This document shows, piece after piece, positions 39,134 to 51,200 of a stretch of 64,000 nucleotides of DNA. The number at the start of each line of letters is the position of its first letter. Within the stretch, counting starts at the first letter, position 1. The DNA comes from the human T2T-CHM13v2.0 reference genome, Homo sapiens. The stretch is taken from assembly GCF_009914755.1 (NCBI RefSeq), contig NC_060925.1. The stretch is one strand, 5' to 3'. Under the pieces are notes generated by a model. The model saw only the letters and a list, made by a program, of their open reading frames with translations, did no database searches and was not told the origin of the DNA. A program made the translations under genes and the position numbers.

Positions 39134-41354
39134 GGGCTCTTCCAAAGGAGACACAAAAAGGAAGGAGGAGGGCTCTGCTTCTTCATCCTGTACCTGCTAC
39201 CCTGCTGATTGTTGTCTATGTTGGCAAAGTAAAGGCCAAGTTGTCAAACACCAAAGAGTCTTCAGAATGTTTTAGCGATCTGGAAGGACAAGGACATTTC
39301 TTTATGGCTCCCAGTCCATGGTTTCTGTCAACCATTGAGCTTTATCTCCATTGCCTCCACCTCTGTTCGCTGAACCTGCTACTACCTTCCAGAACTTTCT
39401 GCCTCCAGAACTTCTCTCCTTGTGTCTCTCACTGGAGAGAAATAAATTTGACCAAGTCATTCGCATTTGATTTTTGATGAATTTTTCTCTCACTGCTCTC
39501 AGTAAAATTTGATTTTAAAAAGAAGAGCTAAAAAAAAAAAAAGAAAAGAGGAAGGTGGTCCCAAAGGGAAACACCCCATAACTGTGGTGCTTCAGTCCCC
39601 CAAAAGAGCAGAGGGGCAAAGAACTGGTGTAGCACCTTTCAACCTCTATCCAGGAAAGTTCCATCTTCCACCCAAGGGTCAGACCATGCTTCCATCCATT
39701 TGGTCCTGGTGGCCAAAGGCTGGGATGGAAATCTTGGCTTTTTTTTTTCTGTCCATCCAGAATGTGTGGGTGGCAAAAGTAATAACCTCAAACATCCATC
39801 CTATGAAAAGTAAAGGGCTACTACACCTTTAAACAAAGGATCCTTACCTGGATGGAGATCTGATGCACTTTCCATCTCAGTGGAGATGGGTTCCCCTCAC
39901 TGGGTCTCTGAAGAATCTCAGAGCCTCCCAGCTTCACTCTTCTTGCCTTTGCTACACGCCCTGTGGTTCAGGGCTTCCTCCCACAGCAGCCAGGAAAGGG
40001 AGTTCTTGGGCTTAGGTTCTGAGAAGGTGACAAACGGATCTGAGGACACAACTCCAGGGATTCCTACAGTTTCTTTGGGAGGGTCAAGATTTTATTCTGC
40101 ATAACTGGGGAGCCATGCCTCAAGCCTGCTCCTACCATTTATTCACCACCACCTTAGCAGGTGATGTGCCTGCTGGCCCACTTGCTTTTCAGCTAGGAAG
40201 GGGTGGTGACATCAGCTCTTGGCTGGGCTTTGGGCGGCAGGGACAATCTGGCACTGGCCAACATCACTGCATAATCATATTGCTATTGATTATGATTGCA
40301 CAATCATAATGATATTGATTATGATTAGCATCATACCGGCTCTCACAACAGCAGAGGTCAGGCTTGCAGGTGTGTGCACGTGAGTGTTCATGCGTGTGTG
40401 CATTCAGGCGAGCAAGCACCTAAGGCAGCACCTTTGTGACTTACCTCACTGCTGCGGCTCTGGCCCCAGAGCTCCAGCATCCTCCACAGAGCTGCTTTCC
40501 TTTTTTTAGCCTCTGCTTGCAAAGAGGGATAGAACAGTGAATTGGAACCAGCGCACAAACCAGGAGAAGGAGGCTCTCACTGCTAGCACAAAGCAGTGAC
40601 TTACCCCACCTTAGAGGCACATTTGTGGCTGGTATACACTCAGCCTCCTCATGCCTGTGTCTGGAAATCACGCACACAGCTCCTGGAGCCTCCCAGAACC
40701 AGGGGAGCCATCCTCAGGGAAATTCAGGGAAGCATTTTGTCTTAAGGAGAAATAACCAAGCCACTTTGCAAGGTTCGTCATTGTAGACAGAGCAAGCAAG
40801 CTTCTCAACACCTTTGTTTCCATTCGGCTGGAAAGTCACTGTTGGTTCAGCTCTAAGCTTTGGTGTGTCTGTGTTTCTTTCCCAGAAAAGGAAAGTCACC
40901 ACAAGATGCAATTTAACTTGTAATTTGATTTGCTGTAGAGTAGCTTAAGCAATGATTGTATTTGATGTGGAGTTGAAATGCATAAAGAGATAAATGGCTT
41001 AATTTGAATCAATATTAATTTTCTGCAATTTACTTTTAACTTTACTTCTCAGCAGATGAAATTACGCTGCTCAGGAGTCATTTGAAAACTTTTTTCCTGT
41101 TCAGAAAACTGAGCTAAACCAGCATGACTGTTTCAACACAATGAGACAAAAGCTGTGCATGTGTGAGAGGTCAGATGAGAAGCAACTTCAACTAGGCTTG
41201 GCACAGTCACTCCAGGTCAGCTCCAGGAGCCCCTCCACCTCATCCCCCTGCAATGTTACCGAAACCATTCACAGAAGAAAGTGGGGCTGGGAAATTGGGG
41301 CAAAAAGAGGAGTCAGGCACGCTGTTGGCACACGTGATGGAAATGGGCTCGGTT

Positions 41355-41715
41355 TTAGCTTCCCAGCTCCCGCATGGCAAGTCCCACAGACTTGGGACCT
41401 TCAACAATAGAAATTTATTTTCTCACAGCTCTGGAGGCCGGCAGCCTCAGGTCCTCCTGAGACCTCTCTCTTTGACTCACAGATGCCATCTTCTCCCTGT
41501 GTCCTCACGTGGTCGTCCATCTGTATGTGTCTGTGTCCTAATCGCCTCTTCTCAGGAGGACATCAGTCAGATCAAATTAGGGCCCACCTTGATGACCTCA
41601 TTTTCACTTCATTACCTCTTTAATGACTCCATATCTCCAGATAAAGTCACATTCTGAGCGCTAGGGGGCTAGAATGTAAACATGAATGTTGCAGGGACAC
41701 AATTCTGCCCAAACA
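41355..41715 (-). mobile_element. MLT1B-like LTR
   Basis: AACAATAGAAATTTATTTTCTCACAGCTCTGGAGGC...AAAGTCACATTCTGAG...GGGACACAATTC. Confidence 0.8.
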
Positions 41716-42219
41716 GACCTCTTTCCAGGACAGAGGAGACTGGCTCGGGGCTCAACATCATTCCTGTTTACAAAAACTTTACCTGAACAGGGTGTGGAAC
41801 TGGGCACAGATCCTAGATCTGACCTCTGAACATGCCATCCCCATGTGCTGACTCCATCCAGCAGAAGGTACGGGAGCACGTGGCAGTGGTGACCTCCTGA
41901 GGGTTGGCAGCTGCAGAGGTGCTGGGTTCTCCACATGCTTTTTGGATTCAGCTTTCACAAGACCTCGGTGAGGTGGACACGGTGATGATGTGCAAACTTC
42001 ACAGTTGAGGACAAGTGATTTTTCAGGAAGTCACCTGCCTTGTGGCCCTGCCTGCTGCTTTAGAATAAGTGTTTTCCATCTCCAAGTTCTTCCCATTGAC
42101 TGAAGGCGTCTTCCACGGTAAAGCAGTGAGACGTCAAATCCGGTCTGCAGAAGGAATGTTTTCCCTGTGCCCCTGCCTTCAAACAAAGAGCTACTGGACA
42201 AATAATTCTTTGATTGGAA

Positions 42220-42533
<314 letters not shown>

Positions 42534-42549
42534 TAATAAAAAATAATAG

Positions 42550-43075
42550 TGTTTGAGTCAAGGTTCTCCAGAGAAACAGGATCAATAGGATATATACCTA
42601 TATTTATATATGAGAAGATTTGTTATGGGAACAGTAAATGACTTACATGATTATGGAAGCCAAGAAGTCCCACAAACTGCTGCCTGCAAGCTGGAGACCC
42701 AGGAGAGCTGGGGATGTCATTCAGTCTGACTTTGAAGGGCTGAGGACCAGGTGGCTGATGTATAGGTTCAGGTCTGAGTCCCAAAGCCAGACAACCAGGC
42801 GCATGGATGTCCAAGGACAGGAGAAGACGGACGTCCACCTTCAGAAGAGATGGGATAAATCCTCCCTTCCTCTGCTTTTTTGTCCTATCAGGGACCTCAC
42901 GGGATGGAGTGATGCCCTCCCATGTGGGTGAAGGCAGACCTTCCTTCCTCAGTCCACGGATTCAAAGGCTAATCTCTTTCAGAAACCCTCACAGGCACAC
43001 CCAGGAATCACGCTTCCCCAGCCACCTGGGCATCCCTCAGCACCACCAAGTTGACACATAAAGTGACCTATCACA
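42550..43075 (-). mobile_element. MLT2B-like LTR
   Basis: GTCAAGGTTCTCCAGAGAAACAGGATCAATAGGATATAT...AAGTTGACACATAAAGTGACCTATCACA. Confidence 0.88.
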
Positions 43076-45549
43076 GGGTGAGTCTCTTTGTCCCGGTTGA
43101 GACACCTCATTCATTGTGTTGGATTTTATCTGTTAACTTCAAGTGTTCTGTGTAGCACAAAAACACAGTATTCAAATTATCAAACTGAAAGGAAAAGCTT
43201 GTGTAGCCAGAAGCTCAAATTGCTGCAGGGGTCCCAGGGGAGAAGGAATGGTTTTGTGGAAGCCACGGCCGGATGCATTTCCTCTGGGGCTTCACTGTGA
43301 AGGCCCACATAGCAGGAGATGGGGAGACACTCTGAAAAGGCAGGGATCTTGGAAATACGGGGTTCTCTGTGCCTGAGGAGCCACTCCGTGTCCAGGAAAT
43401 GTGTGGAATATCAGTGGCCAGAGAGTTGTTTACTGCCCCAATTTTCAACCCAGTGGGGAGAAGACAGGTGACCTTTTAAAATGTAAATGAAATTGTGTTT
43501 TTCCAGCAGCTTTTGCTCATCACAAAGCTAGTTCCTGGCCATGACTCATGAGGACTGGATGCGGCCTGGACTCCACCACCTTGCCTGTCTCGGGTTCCCA
43601 CAGTGATGTCACCAGCACCTGGAACAGCGCCTGGTACGGGACAGGCCCTGTCATAGCTGGGGACTGACTGACTGGGCACACAGAAGGAGCCACACAGGCA
43701 TGGATGCCCCAGGTACAGGGATGCTGATGGAGAGGTGGGTGAGTGAGAGAATACTCACCAGCCAGGCCTAGGAGAGGCATTATTTTCCCTCCAGGAAATA
43801 TATTCTGATTTTCATTACATAGGTGAGTGGGAAAATATGATTTTTAAATACAGATGCTCAGTTTATAGCCAACGTTATTGGAATATATCTGTTCAGTAAA
43901 TTAATTTGCATCACATTGCATTTTAGTGGCTGGATATGATTTCTGAGAATACTTAGAATTTCATGGGCAGTCTTGTATCTGCTTATATATATATATATAT
44001 ATTTTTGATATGGGAAGGTAGTTCTAATCAAATCCTGCCATTGCACAGATAAAAACATTTTTTAATTGGACTTCATGAACCATCATGAAAAGCTTGGAAT
44101 GGGACTTGACTGGAGATTCGGGGGGAGTTTGAGGTCAGTTGGTGTCTCACCCAGGTTGATTCGTTCAATTCTAATTGGCACCAGGAGAATTACAACCCTC
44201 AAAGAGTGTGATCAGAGGAGATAAACCATTTTACCCTAATACTTTATGCTGAAAGTTGATGGTGCAACATTTAAGCTTCCCGAAGCCTAACAACTCATTT
44301 GCAATACATTCTAGAAGGAGAAAATAATGACTCCGGGATGTCATCTCATTCCAGCCTCACATTATTTTCTTACTCTTCCCAAACTGTGGTTGTTTGGAAA
44401 CGTGCCCACGGGAAGCGGTGATAGGCAGGCATCTCCCGGAGACTGGAGGAATCCAGCACCCTGGCTTCTAATTCTGAACTAACTTTTCTCCAACAAAGGA
44501 TTAGTCTCCTGGGGGCCTGGGTAAATTGCTGCCCCATACCCGTTTGTGGGCATATTCCTTCCTTTAATTGCCATGTCCAAGACAGGTGGGGAACTTAAAG
44601 AATTTACTGTCGTTTGGAGCCAAATGATGCGGACGCTTCACAGCCAGAGTCCTCTTCATTGGCAGGCGACTCACAGATAATAGGCTTTCTAAATTATGCC
44701 AGGCAATTGGTATTTTCACACTTTTCCCATTGTAATTTCAAAATTAAATTAGGCCGGATATATACAGGAATGTGGTGGATGGCATTCAACGTGGACTCCA
44801 GCCAGCCTTCCTCTCAGTCCACATAGAAGGAAGAGAAAACTAATTAACTATCCTCAGGCCCAAGATTGGGTCTGTGTGTGTGGATCCACCCAGTGCCTCC
44901 CAGCTTTGAACCTTCCCCGTGTTTCTCAAGGGCAGGATCAACACCTGCAGGTCTGAGAGTGAATCCATTCTCTCCTGGGAGGGATTATTTGCAAGGAGAG
45001 AAAGGATAGATTAATCTAGCACAAGTAGACAGCCATGTCGACTCAACTGAGTTCCTGCCGTGTCCCTACTACAGCCCCAGCCTTGGGAGTGAGCCTGGGA
45101 GTCATTGACAGCTGCACTAGGCTTTGATCTTGCTCTGTTAGCTAAGACTGCATTAGAAAACTCATCTTTACCATTAGACAGTGTTTCCCCAAAGTCCCCA
45201 AGCTTTGCCTCCCTGAGTGAGCCCCACCCACCTCATGTCTCAGGGTGCTATGCACCCAGTAGGGCCTTTGTGCAGCCACATCACTCCACAAACAGCCTTG
45301 AGGCTCTTACTCTGCTCAAAGGTGTGTTAAGCTCGGGAGCGCAAGCATTTCCTATGGGAAAGTTAGTCCACAGGGAGCCTGCAGCTAGCAAGGAGAATGC
45401 AGACAGCCTTTGTGTTTAGCCTTAGGAAATTTCTTAAGAGTTAACATTAAGAAACTCTTAAGAGTCAAAGAGTTAACATTCCCTTTTTTCAACTGAAATT
45501 CACAAAACATACAATTCACCATTTTAACCATTTAAAAGTGCCCAATTCA

Positions 45550-46182
<633 letters not shown>

Positions 46183-49100
46183 TCAGTGGTCTGTAGCACA
46201 TTCGCAACCAGATTGTGCCACCATCATCACAATCAAATTCCAGAACATTTCCATCACCCCGAAAAGAAAACCCTAAATCCTTTATCAATGACTTTCCCTA
46301 ACCCTTTTCCCCAGGCCCTGGCAATCACTAGTCTTCTTATCTCTATAGATTTGCCTATTCCGGGCCTTGGTACAAAGGGAATCATACGAGATCTCAGCAT
46401 CACCTCTGCAAGGTTCCTCCCTGTGGCAGCGTGCATCCCTGCTTCACTCCTTCTCTGGCTGGGCCACCTTCCATTATGTGTCTGGACCATGTCATCGTGT
46501 GTATCTGTGAATCCACAGATGGACATCCGCAGTATTTCCACTTCTTGGCTCTTGTGAATAGTACTGCTGTGAACATTTGTATCAAGTTTTTTTTGTGGAG
46601 ATACATGTTCATGCCTCTAGGGTCTGCACCTTGGGAGTGGAACTGCAGATTCCTATGGCCATTCTATGCTGGACCTTTTGAAGAACTGCAAACTGTTTTC
46701 AAAGCAGCTGCACCATTTTACTTTCCCATCAGCAGTGGAGGAGGATTCCAGTTGCTCCACATCTTTACCAACACTGATTATTTTCTGACTTTTAAAAAAT
46801 TATGATTACAGCCATGCGGGTGAGAGAGTGATCCTTTCTAAGTGGGGGATGCCCTTCGCTGCTCTGCAATCCCCTCACACTTGGTCTGTGGTGCCTCCCT
46901 GACTCTCCGGGCTTGGCATGGAGAAGGGCCAGAGGAAGAAATGGGTCAAGGCAGTGTGGGAGCCACTCTTTGGCTGACAACAGCTTTGCTCTGGGGGAGC
47001 AGCAGGGCAGCGAGCTCACAGCTTCTCAGGGACAGGTCACTCTGTCCTTGTGTGCCCTCACCACCCGCTGTACAGCAGAACACAGGCAGGCACCATGACC
47101 CCTTGTTCAATGTGTCCCAAGGATGCATAATGAAGGAGGAGGTGGGTGGGCTGATGCTTTTGGGGGACTGAAGTTCAAAGTCCCTGGTGATGTGGGGATG
47201 ATGGATGGTGTTCTAAGAAGAAGCAGGTCTCCTGTCTCCAGGCTGCATGTGGAATAGACCCTCAGCAAAGTCTTGCAGAGGTGGAGGCAGAGGTAGCTGT
47301 TGCCACTCTTCAAGTAGAAATGAGGCTGACAAGGAAGGAAAGTGGAAGGGTCCATTTCTCAAATCCTGATGCCTGATGAAATGGAAGGAAAAACACCTGC
47401 CAGCCAGGAAGACAGTCCCAAGGCCACAACAGCAGCCCCCGGCACAGTCATGCAGTGCCACGGAAGGGAAGATACTAATTTCAAACTAACTCTTCACCTC
47501 TATCATTTAATCTTCTGACACTGCCTAGAGGCCTGCAGGAGGAGTTACTCCCATTTTATAGGGAGGCAGCTGGAACTGGAGTGGTGGAGAGACTTGCCTA
47601 GGTGTGGAGCCTCCCTCAGCAGATCTGGGCATGGAGCTCAGACGGGAGGATACTGGCACACACAGCTGTGTCCAGAGTCACTCAGCAGGCCAGAACTGGG
47701 CCCCGGGAGGTAGAGAGGAGGGCAGAACCTTCCTCCCAGTTTGGAGTTATGAGCTTCACATTGCTGACTTGGAGGAGCAGCTGAGATTCTTGCAGACACT
47801 GCTGAAGCCAGGGAAGGGCCTGGTCCCTGACTGCTAATCGTGTTAAGCAGTGGGCGACTGGGAAAGTGTGCTGCTGGAGAGAACAGAGGGGCCATTCTGC
47901 CTTCCTGCTACTGCCAGCTAGCGGGGAACAGTGCCTGCACACACACCATGCTGCATGCCTGCCCTCCAAACCAGGACATGCCCAGCTGGGTTCTTTCCAG
48001 AGGCTAATTCCAATTGCCCTGTGGACAGAGGTGAAGCTGAACTGGTGCTGCATTGGGTGCAGTCTGGATTTGCTATTGCTGCTCTTGCAATAGAACTGTT
48101 TGTTATAGTTGCACTTGGCTGGCACTGGACAGCAGCTCGAAGCCATTCGGGCCCCCGTTCTGTTCATTTTTAGTGCCTGTCTAGCATCTCAGTATGCAGC
48201 ACGTAATAGGCAACTTACAGGTGTGTGCGTCATTGACATCACTGAACTGATTCGAAGGATGCCTCTGGTGTTACCAAGGCGTCTAACACTCAGAAATCAA
48301 TGCAGCAGGGAAGGAATGGACCCTGCTTTCAGATAACCAGGCTGGTGGTCAGCAGCGTCTTGACTTCTAGTCTGTAGTCTCTGAATAGCATACCTGTTTC
48401 CAGGACTCTCACTACACACTTATTTTTTCTTTTAACTATGATGTCAGTGCTGTAACACGGTCCCATTGCTGCTTCGCTTCTCCAGCAATGGGCTGTCGAA
48501 CAGCTACTCTGTTATGTATTAAACACAGCTCTTATATTAAAAAAAAAATGGCTAAGGGCTTTGAACATTGATTTCTACCCTCAGGCTAGAGGTGTTTCTG
48601 TTGGGAAATGGGAGTAGAATAAGGGATACTTTATCTGTTTTGCATTTGCCTTAAAAAATAAAACTTGCACCCAATACTTGACAGCCCATTCATTACACCC
48701 GCCACGCCCTTTACTAGGTTGATGCACAACGTGGAGAAAGGCTCTGCGCTCTGCCCTGCATTCCCCCTCTCTGGAAAGGCTGTGGGGAGGACGGTGCTTG
48801 GAATCCTAATGGTGCTGGCACAGCTGCCTGGGGGAAACACAGCTGTACAATGGGCAGGCCCCCTGGAAAAGCTCCAGCTGCAGGACCTTGAGCAAGGTGC
48901 CTAATTCCTTCCCAGGCTTCTGTGGGTCACATACAACATGGGGATTTTGCTTGTCCCAGCCCTAGAGGCTGCTGTGCAGATGCCATGAGGCCATGTTCAC
49001 AAAAGCACCCTGCACAGAGCCACCCATGTTTCTAGCTGTTCTCAATATTATTATTTCTAACCTTTGTTTCCAGGCACTCAGGCAGACCTAAGAGGCCAAT

Positions 49101-49870
49101 GCAATCAAGGTTTTGAGCTACTCCAGAGGTATGGGGCAGAAGAGGCGGGAGCTGGCCATGCCTAGAGAAAGATTGTAGACTCATTAAAACGAGCTGGTAT
49201 GAAGCTCATGGAATGTCCCCTGGTCCCTGGCCCAGTTAAGCAGACATGCTGTTTATTAAGGGAGTGGTGATTATGTGGATTCTACTGTATTAATAACAAT
49301 AAATCTGAGTAATGTCTTGTGTGTAGCCTCCTTCCAAAGCCCAATGCTATCGCAAAGTTGATGCATTAATTATGCACAGCCCCGTGCACAGGAATCAGAG
49401 TTCCTCGCCAGCAAATTTCTTCCAGCTCAGCTAGGAAGTGGTGCACTCTTTGGACACATCTAGCAGTGTGGTCAGCTAAGGACAGAAAGGGAACAAGGAA
49501 TTCTCTTTCTGATGATATTTAAAGGTAAGCTTGGATCAACTCATTATGGAAATGAACAGCAGAGGGAAGGAAGGAGGGAGGGAGGGAGGGAGAGCACAGG
49601 AGAACTTACTCCTTTCAAAAGCATTGGCTGCCTTTTCACTTCCCTTCCAACCACATTTCCATCAAACCCAAAAGGTACAGCAATTGAGTCTTGTTTTGAA
49701 TCAAACTGTGCATGCTTTATGGGAGACGCTGATTTGCTCATTTATTAGATTTACATAAAGAACATTTCTTTCAAAAAAAGCAGAGCTGTTGCCTGTTAAA
49801 AACATACACACACTAAAAAAATGCCAGCAAGTTTAGCTGTTACAAATAAGGAAGGCTAGGCCGCATCCTG

Positions 49871-50004
49871 TTGTTTTTTTTGTTTTTTGATTTTTGAGAT
49901 GGAGTTTCGCTCTTGTTGGCCAGGCTGGAGTGCAATGGCGTGATGCGATCTCAGCTCACCGCAACCTCTGCCTCCAGGGTGAGGCAGAGCCACCATGCCT
50001 GGCC
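49871..50004 (-). mobile_element. Internally deleted Alu (Sp-like)
   Basis: Tail plus ~95 bp of right arm joined to the Alu 5' terminal GAGCCACCATGCCTGGCC; TSD-like GCATCCTGTT/GCATCTTATT. Confidence 0.85.
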
Positions 50005-50454
50005 TGCATCTTATTCTTGTAAGAGAAAAGCTCCCTAGGAAAAGGGTTCAGCCCAGAGACTGGAGGCCTGTCCAGTGTGGAGAATTCAGCAAACCGTCCT
50101 GGAAGGTGCCACTTCCACCAGGGCACTTTCTCATGGCTAAACGAGCAAACAGGGAATCCCAGAATACAGCTTAGCAGCTCACATCAGTCCCTGAAACGGA
50201 CTGTTCCGGAAACGGTGACCGCAGAAAAGAGAGAGAAGTCAAAAAAAAGCAAAGGCTAGTTTTAGGACTATCAGAGAACTTGGGGCCGGCAGATCAGCAG
50301 TGTGCAGCATCTTGGCTGGGGATGTGTGGGTGCAGGCTCAGGTCTTCATGATTATTTTCCTTTCCTCCCTCTTTTCCTCCTCCCCTTCCTTCTTTCCCTC
50401 TCTCCCTCTTTTCCTCCCTCCCTTTTAATATAATAATTAACATTTTGTCGTTTT

Positions 50455-50560
50455 ATTGCTGAGGAGGTTAAGTGACTGTTCAAAGCCACACTAGTAGTAG
50501 TGAAATAGGATTTGAATCCAGACCACCCTGACTCCCAAATCTGAGTCCTTAGCCACCCCG
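50455..50560 (-). mobile_element. MIR fragment
   Basis: GAGGTTAAGTGACTGTTCAAAGCCACACTAGTAG...GGATTTGAATCCAG...CTGACTCC. Confidence 0.65.
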
Positions 50561-51200
50561 TATCAGAACCTGATGTATCCCTAATTTCTGCTGGCATCCT
50601 TGGGGAGCTGTCCTGTTCAAATGAGGATGCCATCCGTATCTGCTGGGGACCTTCTACCCACTCGCCAGTCCCGCAGGTCACCCCTTCTCAGTCCTCCTCC
50701 AGAGGAAGCTGGCTTCACTGCCACTTCAACTAGGCACATTCTGGCAAAAGAGGCACTTTAGCCCTGAGTTACACTGGAATTCAGGGTAGGAAGTATGGGC
50801 TGGATTCAGAGCCTCCAGGGAGTGGGACAAGGCAGCCTTCAGCGGGCAGTGTGTGTGCAGTGGGCTTGCAAACACAAGGTCTCTGAGCAGCAGTGAAAGG
50901 CACCAGCACCCCAATGTCCCAGGACAGATTCCTGGGTGTCCTCCTGAGCCTTCCCCTTTCCTTACCTCTCCAATCACTAACCCTAGTTTCACCCTCCTGA
51001 ACAGCTCTTATCCTCTCTCCCTGACTGGAATTGCCACCTCAGGCCCGATCACCACCCTCTCTCTGACCCTGTGATGTCAATGCCACGCCCTCCCTCCTCC
51101 ACTTGCTCCAATCCAGGCCACTCTGCAGAGAACCTCCCAGCCACTGCCAAACTGCAGCCACAACCTGCGTTTCATGTCCCATCCCGTAGAACAGAGTCCG

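Noticed and set aside
45436-45480. 12-bp palindrome ACTCTTAAGAGT between two AAGAGTTAACATT copies
   Set aside because: Too short to support function; at most a small repair scar beside an L1 end
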